From Fimbriiglobus ruber (lineage in GTDB: Bacteria > Planctomycetota > Planctomycetia > Gemmatales > Gemmataceae): a stretch of 32,000 bases of DNA. Made by a program: the position numbers and the translations under genes. Below, in pieces: positions 1-6,882 of the stretch (within the stretch, counting starts at the first letter, position 1; each line of letters starts with the position of its first letter). The notes beneath the pieces are model-generated. The model was not told where the DNA came from. It was given only the letters and a program-made list of their open reading frames with translations, and ran no database searches. The DNA is taken from assembly GCF_002197845.1 (NCBI RefSeq), contig NZ_NIDE01000017.1:386712-418711 (forward strand). The letters run 5' to 3'.

Positions 1-107
1 CGGCCCGGGTCAAGGCGACGTGCATCAGTTTGGCGTCCGCGGCCGGGTCCGCGTCGGCGAACGTCCAGGGTTCCGCTTCGTCGAATACACGTGCGGCCCC
101 GGGCATG
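1..107 (-). CDS. hypothetical protein, N-terminal fragment running off the left edge
   Basis: Minus-strand ATG at 107 directly preceded by AGGAAG. Reads MPGAARVFDEAEPWTFADADPAADAKLMHVALTRA with G/C-rich third codon positions. Too short for a function call and not in the ORF track. Confidence 0.3.
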
Positions 108-121
108 CTTCCTGCTGTGTT

Positions 122-937
122 ATGCACTCGTCCGGAACCACCCTCGTGAGAGAACGTCATGTCGGACCGCTTCCTCTGGACCGTCTTGCTGCTCCCTGGC
201 TTCCGTCCGCCACAGCTCAGAAGTCGGACGACCTCCACGTCGAAAAGATCGAGGTTCCCAAAGTCGCGGACGCGAGCGGGAAGCGACCGGACCTCGCCGG
301 GGCGGCGAAAGCCGTCGTCGAGGCGACCAACGCGTTCCGGAAAACGAACGCCCGGGGCGCCGTTCCGGCCGACGCGAAACTGACCGCCGCCGCCCAGTCG
401 TTCGCGGACTACATGGCTCGGACGGACGAGTACGGCCACGGGGCCGACGGGAACAACCCGGGCGAGCGAGCGAAGCAGCACGGGTACGACTACTGTCTGA
501 TCGGGGAGAACATCGCGTACGCCTTCGACTCGAAGGGGTTCGAGACCCGCCCGCTCGCCGACACGTTCGCGACCGGGTGGGAGAAGTCGCCGCCGCACCG
601 GCGGAACATGCTCGACCCGGACGTGACCGCGACCGGGGTGGCGGTCGCCCGGAGCGAGACCACCGGGTACTACTACGCGGTCCAGTTGTTCGGCCGGCCG
701 AAGTCGGCGGCCATCGTCTTCAAGGTGGAGAACCGGTCGGATGCGGGCGTGGCCTACAAACTCGGCGACGCGAAGTTCGACCTCCCCCCGCGCGTAATTC
801 GGACCCACACCGTGTGTCGCCCGCCGGAGTTGACGTTCACCTGGTCCGACGGGAAGACGCGGGATGTCAAGCCACTTGGGGGCGACCGGCTTGTCGTCAC
901 CAAGACTCGCGACGAGTTTTCGGTGACCAAAGAGTAG
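122..937 (+). CDS. CAP/SCP/PR-1 (YkwD-like) domain protein with an extra C-terminal domain
   Basis: Frame of ORF 20..937. The central region AAQSFADYMARTDEYGHG...GENIAYAF...WEKSPPHRRNMLDPDVTATGVAV...YYYAVQLFG matches the bacterial CAP/SCP pattern (GEN...W..SP.HR.N.L......G.....YY.VQ.F). The start is uncertain: ATG at 122 is the first in-frame ATG and gives no signal peptide. Confidence 0.75.
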   Translation: MHSSGTTLVRERHVGPLPLDRLAAPWLPSATAQKSDDLHVEKIEVPKVADASGKRPDLAGAAKAVVEATNAFRKTNARGAVPADAKLTAAAQSFADYMARTDEYGHGADGNNPGERAKQHGYDYCLIGENIAYAFDSKGFETRPLADTFATGWEKSPPHRRNMLDPDVTATGVAVARSETTGYYYAVQLFGRPKSAAIVFKVENRSDAGVAYKLGDAKFDLPPRVIRTHTVCRPPELTFTWSDGKTRDVKPLGGDRLVVTKTRDEFSVTKE

Positions 938-1169
938 AGGAGCATTCGGGGCGAACTGCGGCTATTCTCGAACACTGCGACACGGCCGGGCGCGCGGGTT
1001 CGCAAGATATGCTTCGCGCGGAGTTCGAGACCGGTCTGATCGTCGAGTGTCGGATAACTTCGGTGTGGGCGGACGTCGGACTTGCGACCGATAGTGTGAT
1101 TTTGCGTCCACGATTAATCCTTAACCAAGCGTCGCCATTGGCAAATTGACGTTGGAGAAAAACGAAAAG

Positions 1170-1246
1170 CTTGAAATCCTTCGTGTTTTCCGGTGTTTGT
1201 AGGGTTGCAGAGTCCACAACCACCGGAAAACACGAAGGATTTCAAG
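1170..1246 (+). repeat. 26-bp perfect inverted repeat (hairpin) covering the transposase RBS and start codon
   Basis: cttgaaatccttcgtgttttccggtg (1170-1195) and caccggaaaacacgaaggatttcaag (1221-1246) are exact reverse complements with a 25-nt loop. The right arm contains GAAGGA (1234-1239) and the first base of GTG at 1246. Confidence 0.9.
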
Positions 1247-2775
1247 TGAAACCTATCTTCCGCCGCTGGTTCCAAAAAGGCAAGGCCCGCATCGCTCGCC
1301 GACTCGATCAAACGCGCAATCCGCTCAGCCCCGAGCCCGTGCTCAAAGCCCGCAACATCCACTATGAGGTCTCCGACAAAGCCCAGGCCATCCACTGCGG
1401 TGGCATCGGCCTCATCCATGCGCTGGGTCAACGATTCGGGCTCGCCAAGACCATCGACCAAAAACTTCATCTGCTCAAATTCCACGTCCCGTATCACGAA
1501 TCCGATCACGTCCTCACCCTCGCCTACAACCCGCTCTGCGGCGGCACCTGCCTTCAAGACCTCGAACTCCTCCGCAACGACGAGACCTTCCTCAACGCCC
1601 TGGACGCGCGACGCATCCCCGACCCCACCACCGCCGGCGACTTCTGCCGCCGCTTCTTGGCGTCCGACGTCGAAGCGCTGATCGACGCGATCAACGAGGT
1701 CCGTCGTCGCGTCTGGGCCGAGCAACCCGAGTCGTTCTTCGACTGCGCGACGATCGATCTGGATGGCACCCTCGTCGGGACCACCGGTCCGTGCAAGGAG
1801 GGAATGGACATCGCCTACGACGGCACCTGGGGTTATCACCCGCTGGTCGTTTCGCTGGCCGAGACCGGGGAGGTCCTCAGCATCGTGAATCGTCCGGGGA
1901 ATCGCCCGTCGCACGAGGGCGCGGCCCGGGAAGTCAACCGCTCGCTGGTGTTGTGCCTCGAGGCCGGTTTTCGCACGGTCCTCTTGCGGGGCGACACCGA
2001 TTTCTCGCAGACCCAGTATCTGGATGGCTGGAATGCCATCCGCAAGACGCGGTTCCTTTTCGGTTACGATGCCGTGCCCACTCTGGTGCGGAAAGCCGAG
2101 GAACTCCCGGACCACGCGTGGCGGCGGCTGACCCGCCCCGCCCGTTACCACGTGAACACGCAACCGCGGCGGACGCCGGAAAACGTCAAGGCCAGGATCG
2201 TGACGGAGCGGGAGTACGAGACGCTCCGTTTGGACTCGGAAGACATCGCCGAGTTCGAGTATCGGCCCACCGCCTGCCGCCAGAAGTACCGGATGGTGGT
2301 GATCCGCAAGAACATCACCAAGGCGAAAGGCGAGGCGGCACTGTTCGATGAGGTGCGTTACTTCTTTTACATCACGAACGAGCGGCAGTGGTCGGCGGAC
2401 GCGATTGTGTTCTCGGCCAATGACCGGTGCCACCAGGAGAACCTGCACGCCCAGTTGAAGAGCGGCGTGCGGGCGTTGCGGGCGCCGGTGGACACGCTGG
2501 AAAGCAACTGGGCGTACATGGTGATGACGGCACTGGGCTGGAACGTGAAGGCGTGGTGGGCGTTGTCGTTGCCGGAACCGCCGGGCCGCTGGCGAGACAA
2601 GTATCGTCAGGAGAAGCGGTGGGTGTTGGGTTTGGAGTTCCGGAGTTTCGTCCACGCATTCGTCGGGCTGCCGTGCCAGGTTCTCCGGACGGGCCGCAAG
2701 CTAGTTTATCGTCTGTTGAGTTGGAACCCTCATTTACGGGTCTTCTTCCGACTGGTCGAGACGTTGAACTGTTGA
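1246..2775 (+). CDS. IS1380-family DDE transposase
   Basis: Frame of ORF 1171..2775. Family-typical blocks: IPDPTTAGDFCRRF, IDLDGTLV...GMDIAYDGTWGYHPLVVSLAETGEVLSIVNRPGNRPSHEGA, LLRGDTDFS, HQENLHAQLKSG...SNWAYMVMTALGWNVKAW. The preferred start is GTG 1246, 6 nt after GAAGGA. TTG 1171 is the track start. Confidence 0.85.
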   Translation: MKPIFRRWFQKGKARIARRLDQTRNPLSPEPVLKARNIHYEVSDKAQAIHCGGIGLIHALGQRFGLAKTIDQKLHLLKFHVPYHESDHVLTLAYNPLCGGTCLQDLELLRNDETFLNALDARRIPDPTTAGDFCRRFLASDVEALIDAINEVRRRVWAEQPESFFDCATIDLDGTLVGTTGPCKEGMDIAYDGTWGYHPLVVSLAETGEVLSIVNRPGNRPSHEGAAREVNRSLVLCLEAGFRTVLLRGDTDFSQTQYLDGWNAIRKTRFLFGYDAVPTLVRKAEELPDHAWRRLTRPARYHVNTQPRRTPENVKARIVTEREYETLRLDSEDIAEFEYRPTACRQKYRMVVIRKNITKAKGEAALFDEVRYFFYITNERQWSADAIVFSANDRCHQENLHAQLKSGVRALRAPVDTLESNWAYMVMTALGWNVKAWWALSLPEPPGRWRDKYRQEKRWVLGLEFRSFVHAFVGLPCQVLRTGRKLVYRLLSWNPHLRVFFRLVETLNC

Positions 2776-3126
2776 GGCCTGGCAACCCGAAGTCGGGATC
2801 TGGATGTCCCGATCCGCAACGGCGCCGAAAGCGATCGCGCGAAACGGAGGCTGAATACTCGGGTTGTTGAAGGAGATATAACAATGAAGAAGCCCACTCT
2901 CATGAGTGGGGCCAGAGATGATATGCAATTTACCAGAGCGACATTGCCTACATCGTGATCGCAATCGCCCTCGCTTGTTTAAGGACTAGGCAGGCCGATA
3001 TCTTCAACTTTCGGATTCGTCTGACCATTCCAACTGTTGTGCCGGCGCGATGTGCTTGCGGATTCGTGCGGCGACGTTCGATGAGTTACAGGTGGGGATC
3101 ACGTCGGCACGACCCGCCCGCCAACC

Positions 3127-3624
3127 TCACGCCGGCCGCCATTCATACGTCGCGGATTGGCCGACGTTCTCCTCGACTTCGACGCGGAGGGCGTCCGGCG
3201 TAAACGCGTGGTGTTTGCGGAGGGAGTCGAGCAACCGGCCGGCGATGTACCGGGCGAGCAGTTCGGCCGTCGTGTTCTCGATCGGCAGCAGCACGCAGTC
3301 GCCGCGGGGGAACACCCACTCGCGATCCTTGTACGCGACCCGCACGTTGGCCGGGTGTTCGTCCACCCGGATGACCGGGTTGCGGGTGGCCAGGAGCATG
3401 TGGTGGTCGAGTTCGTCGGTGATCGTTTTGGTCCGGGCCTTGAGGGCGACGAAGTCGAACACGTAGAAGTCGGTGGCGTTCAGCGGCCCCTCGACCTCGA
3501 CGGCTGCCCGGTAGTTGTGGCCGTGCAACCGCTCGCAGCGGTGCCCTTCGTAACTGATGAAGTGTCCGCAGCAGAAGACGAGGTGGTCTTTGGTGACGCG
3601 GACTTTGAACCGTTCGGTGCCCAT
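3127..3624 (-). CDS. 6-pyruvoyl-tetrahydropterin synthase / QueD-family protein
   Basis: MGTERFKVRVTKDHLVFCCGHFISYEGHRCERLHGHNY carries the C-x3-HGH zinc motif of the PTPS/QueD family. ATG at 3624 lies 2 nt after the TAA of the upstream gene. The track ORF start at 3705 is an upstream extension into that gene. Confidence 0.85.
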   Translation of the reverse strand: MGTERFKVRVTKDHLVFCCGHFISYEGHRCERLHGHNYRAAVEVEGPLNATDFYVFDFVALKARTKTITDELDHHMLLATRNPVIRVDEHPANVRVAYKDREWVFPRGDCVLLPIENTTAELLARYIAGRLLDSLRKHHAFTPDALRVEVEENVGQSATYEWRPA

Positions 3625-3626
3625 GA

Positions 3627-4508
3627 TTACAGCCAGTCCTGGACCTGCCAACGGAACGGGGCGGAGGGTGCTACCATATTCTCCCGCAGGGCCACAAACA
3701 AGCAAGCCGTCACGAGATCGGCCGTCGTCCCCGGGTTGAGCTTGTTCCCGTCCGACCGCAGGTGCCGGTCGAGCGCGACCCCGGCCGCCCGGCCCGCGGG
3801 CGTTTCGAGGCCGCCCAGTTCGAGGACGTGGGCGACCCGCGCTTGTACGTCAGTCGCGGTTTCGGCCCCTTTTTTCCGGGCGATCAGGCTGTCGGGGAAC
3901 CGCGCGAGCCAGCGTAACTGGCAGTCGATAATCGCCGCCTCGACGCAGCCGAACCGCGCGAACGCGGCCACGAACGCGGGCGCGCCGAAGTCAAAGACAT
4001 CCGCGAAGCCGTTCGCGTACTGTCGGGCGATCATGTCGCGGTCGGCGGCAAGTTTCATCGCTTCGAGTAGCGTGACGGTCGGCGCGTCGCGGACGTCCTG
4101 CTCCGGGGCGTCACCGAGACCGCCGGGGTTAGCGAGGCGGATGGCCCGGTAGACCTCGCTCGTGTCGTCCGTTGTCAGGTTCGACAGTACCGATGCGAGC
4201 CCCGGCCGAAGTATTTCTTCCCCGGAAGTCGCGGCGAACGGGGCAAGCAGCAAGACGATGCCAAGATTCGTATTCTGCCCGACCAGACCTTGCGTCGCTT
4301 CGACTGCGAGGGCAACCGTTGTGCCGACGGGCCGATGCGGTTCGAGATCGAACGGGCAAGCGATGGCCGCCGCGCTTAATAGGAAGTCCAGATAAGTCGT
4401 GCCGTCGAAGTCTTTGTACCTGTGGACGTTACCCATCTTCCGGGCTGTGGCTTCCCACACGCAGGCGATCTGGGCCATGTTGCCGGTCGTCAATTTCGCC
4501 CGCGTCAC
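3627..4508 (-). CDS. triphosphoribosyl-dephospho-CoA synthase (CitG/MdcB)-family protein
   Basis: 293-aa ORF with CitG-like blocks (GQNTNLGIVLLLAP, ANPGGLGD, NPGTTADL). The GTG start overlaps the upstream stop as GTGA (4505-4508), suggesting translational coupling. Confidence 0.75.
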   Translation of the reverse strand: MTRAKLTTGNMAQIACVWEATARKMGNVHRYKDFDGTTYLDFLLSAAAIACPFDLEPHRPVGTTVALAVEATQGLVGQNTNLGIVLLLAPFAATSGEEILRPGLASVLSNLTTDDTSEVYRAIRLANPGGLGDAPEQDVRDAPTVTLLEAMKLAADRDMIARQYANGFADVFDFGAPAFVAAFARFGCVEAAIIDCQLRWLARFPDSLIARKKGAETATDVQARVAHVLELGGLETPAGRAAGVALDRHLRSDGNKLNPGTTADLVTACLFVALRENMVAPSAPFRWQVQDWL

Positions 4509-5374
4509 GCCTGGTACTCCTCGGCCAGAAACCGCACGACTGCCGTTGCCACGTCCAGATCACACGCGGCCGACAGTGCCCGCCACCCCGGAACGGCGTT
4601 CACCTCGATCACGTACCACTCGCCCCGCGGCCCCGGCAGCAGGTCGACGCCGGCGACCGCCGCGCCGACGGCCCGGGCCGCCCGCACCGCGAGGTCGCGT
4701 TCTGGGACGGCGAGTTCCATTCGCTCGGCCGCGCCGCCCTGGGCGACGTTCGTCCGCCAGTCGTCGCGGGACGTGCGCCGCATGGCCGCGACGACCCGCC
4801 CGCCGATCACGAACGCCCGCGCGTCCCACCCCGGATGGCGGATGAATTGCTGCAAATAGAGGACGCCACCGGTCTGCTCGATCGCCCGGAAGGTCCGCCA
4901 CGCGAGTTCCGGGTCGGAGACACGGACCATCCCCCGCCCTTCCGCCCCAAACAGCGGCTTCACCACCACGTCCCCACCCAGGGCGTCGAATGCGGCGAGA
5001 GCGTCGTCGGCCCGCTGGCAGGCGACGGTCACCGGCACGGGTAGCCCCGCGCGGACGAACCGGACGTTGGCCAGATACTTGTCGACGCAGGCTTCGACCG
5101 CGCGGGGTGGGTTCAGCACGCGGACGCCGTTGGCCGCCGCCGCGTGGAGCAAATCCATGCGGAACACGATCTGTTCGAGCGACCCGGCCGGCATGGTGCG
5201 GACGATCGCCCCGTCGTACCCGGCAAGCGCGTCAGTTGTCCCGGTGACGCCCGGGGCCGCGGCGGACAGCCGGCGGAAATCGAGGACGTCCGCGTGGTGC
5301 CCAAGGTCGGCAGCCGCCCGCGCGAGATCCTGGACGTGCCACCCGGTCCCGCCGGACAAGATCGCGACGCGCAT
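4505..5374 (-). CDS. RimK-family ATP-grasp ligase (alpha-L-glutamate ligase-like, MptN/CofF-like)
   Basis: 289-aa ORF with ATG at 5374. ATP-grasp blocks: DKYLANVRFVRAGLPVP, VVVKPLFGAEGRGM, AGVDLL...WYVIEVNAVPGW. Confidence 0.85.
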   Translation of the reverse strand: MRVAILSGGTGWHVQDLARAAADLGHHADVLDFRRLSAAAPGVTGTTDALAGYDGAIVRTMPAGSLEQIVFRMDLLHAAAANGVRVLNPPRAVEACVDKYLANVRFVRAGLPVPVTVACQRADDALAAFDALGGDVVVKPLFGAEGRGMVRVSDPELAWRTFRAIEQTGGVLYLQQFIRHPGWDARAFVIGGRVVAAMRRTSRDDWRTNVAQGGAAERMELAVPERDLAVRAARAVGAAVAGVDLLPGPRGEWYVIEVNAVPGWRALSAACDLDVATAVVRFLAEEYQA

Positions 5375-5504
5375 GCGGAGCCCTGGAGGGTGGGGGGTGC
5401 GGTGGATTATTGTAGAAGGCTGTCGTCTTGGCCAAGATGTCTGGCATCAGACCAGAGAATTGGCTGGCACGAATCCGTGGGTTACACAAAATCCGAAGGC
5501 TGGC

Positions 5505-5972
5505 ATGGCGTTATTACGGTTTACCAACCCGACCGACATCCCGGCCTACAGCGGCTGGGAATTCAAGGTTTATGCCGCGGAGATCGCCCTCCGCGCCGAA
5601 GACATGAGAGACGCGTATGCCGCTTACATGGAAAACCACCGCCGCCGCTTTAGCAATATTCCCAAAGACTGGGGGCGGTACGCAGAGGCCCAACGGGTTG
5701 CCGAATTACTTGCCATGATGAACGAAGCGTGCGAAGTCGACAAGGACGTGATGCTCGACGGGCGCGATTACGTTTGGTCGTTTTCGTCGGGTCTGATGTT
5801 CGAGAAACGATTCGTCTCTGTCACCTGCCCGGAGTGTCACCGGGAGTTAAGCCCCGAGGAATGCCGGGTGCTGGTATGGTCCTACGGCGGCGGATTAGCG
5901 GCGGAGGGCGGTCGCCGTGTGGTGTGTCTCGCCGGCCATACCCTTTATTCGTGCGGTGAGTGGAACTCGTAA
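5505..5972 (+). CDS. hypothetical protein with a possible C-terminal zinc-ribbon (CPECH...CLAGH)
   Basis: ATG 5505 is preceded by GAAGG and starts MALLRFTNPTDIPAYSGWEF. The upstream part of track ORF 5067..5972 is antisense to the ATP-grasp gene. GC is lower than in flanking genes. No family recognised. Confidence 0.6.
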   Translation: MALLRFTNPTDIPAYSGWEFKVYAAEIALRAEDMRDAYAAYMENHRRRFSNIPKDWGRYAEAQRVAELLAMMNEACEVDKDVMLDGRDYVWSFSSGLMFEKRFVSVTCPECHRELSPEECRVLVWSYGGGLAAEGGRRVVCLAGHTLYSCGEWNS

Positions 5973-6014
5973 CGCTAAACTTGAGCCGGATCGTGAACGG
6001 CCGGGAACGAAAAT

Positions 6015-6347
6015 ATGTCGCTCGATTACCCCTATTACGAAGAGTTGTGCCGTCGGAAGCACCGGGCCGCTTGGTGGTGGCGGATCGGCGACACGCTGTA
6101 CTATCTGGGTCTGTTGCCTGCCATGTTTGCCATACCCGGCGCGGGGTTCGCATTCGTCGCCGGGCTGTCGGGCTTTGGCTGGCACTGGCTGTTGCTTTCA
6201 GCAATCGCGTTTGGGGGCGGGGCAGTGGTATTTGTCGTTGGATCATCGCTCAAGGGGCACGCTTACAGGTTGGCCGAGCGAGATGGCATCCTGTCCTCCG
6301 AGGTATACGCGCGCGGTGCCGGCGATGGCGGAACAGAAGTGAAATAA
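6015..6347 (+). CDS. hypothetical small membrane protein (two predicted TM helices)
   Basis: 110-aa ORF with hydrophobic stretches LYYLGLLPAMFAIPGAGFAFVAGL and WLLLSAIAFGGGAVVFVVG. Same strand as, and closely spaced with, its neighbours. Confidence 0.55.
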   Translation: MSLDYPYYEELCRRKHRAAWWWRIGDTLYYLGLLPAMFAIPGAGFAFVAGLSGFGWHWLLLSAIAFGGGAVVFVVGSSLKGHAYRLAERDGILSSEVYARGAGDGGTEVK

Positions 6348-6394
6348 CGCACGACGACTGAGGGACTCGGCTCAAGAACATCGGAGGTAAGGCC

Positions 6395-6730
6395 ATGACG
6401 CAGGCAATCAGTGAGCCGGACTGGAAGCTCTTTCGCCACTTACACGCGGTCGCCCTCGATCGTTTCTGTTATCGAGTACTCGCCGAGGTGAATCGTATCA
6501 CCGCCGACTCGTCCCTGACCCATCATGCCCGCTATTTAGAGGTCGTCAAACTCGTCGACCGGCGGGATCGCGAGTGCGCGGAGTTGTTTGACGATCTGCG
6601 GCGGTCGACGGCCCTACTCCAACTCGCGCGCATCCGTTCCCTGGACTTGGTGACCGACGAAGAGTTCGCCCAATTCAGCCCCGAAACACGCGGGGTAGTG
6701 GAATCTATCCTTGAGATTCGGTCAGACTAA
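6395..6730 (+). CDS. hypothetical protein (helical by composition, no recognised domain)
   Basis: 111-aa ORF. ATG 6395 is preceded by GGAGGTAAGGCC (strong SD). Confidence 0.6.
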   Translation: MTQAISEPDWKLFRHLHAVALDRFCYRVLAEVNRITADSSLTHHARYLEVVKLVDRRDRECAELFDDLRRSTALLQLARIRSLDLVTDEEFAQFSPETRGVVESILEIRSD

Positions 6731-6882
6731 AGCTTATGTCGACACCGGGCCGATGAGGGCCGACACGAGACGTGTCAAGCACATCGACCGGCGTTCGTAA
6801 AATCGCGGAGCCCTCGGCCGACCCGTGGCGGCCGACAGCCCGAGGCTTTCGAATTCTCAGTTTGCTTCTCCGTTCCCACGTC

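Larger units (their letters stand above)
1113..2990 (+). mobile_element. IS1380-family insertion sequence (approximate boundaries)
   Basis: A single DDE transposase gene is flanked by imperfect terminal inverted repeats. Left is attaatccttaaccaagcg (1113-1131); right is cgcttgtttaaggactagg (2972-2990), whose reverse complement cctagtccttaaacaagcg matches 15 of 19 positions. No clean target-site duplication is visible. Confidence 0.6.

Noticed and set aside
1114-2655. 513-aa minus-strand ORF antisense to the IS1380 transposase
   Set aside because: Arg/Pro/Gly/His-rich low-complexity translation with no motif. The opposite strand carries clear transposase homology, so this is a typical high-GC shadow ORF.
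2884-2958. 24-codon mini-ORF (MKKPTLMSGARDDMQFTRATLPTS) preceded by GAAGGAGATATA, reminiscent of the phage T7 gene 10 / expression-vector RBS
   Set aside because: Only a 12-nt resemblance, and no other vector-like sequence around it. It lies in the AT-rich right end of the IS. There is no evidence that it is translated, so it is not called as a gene or as contamination.
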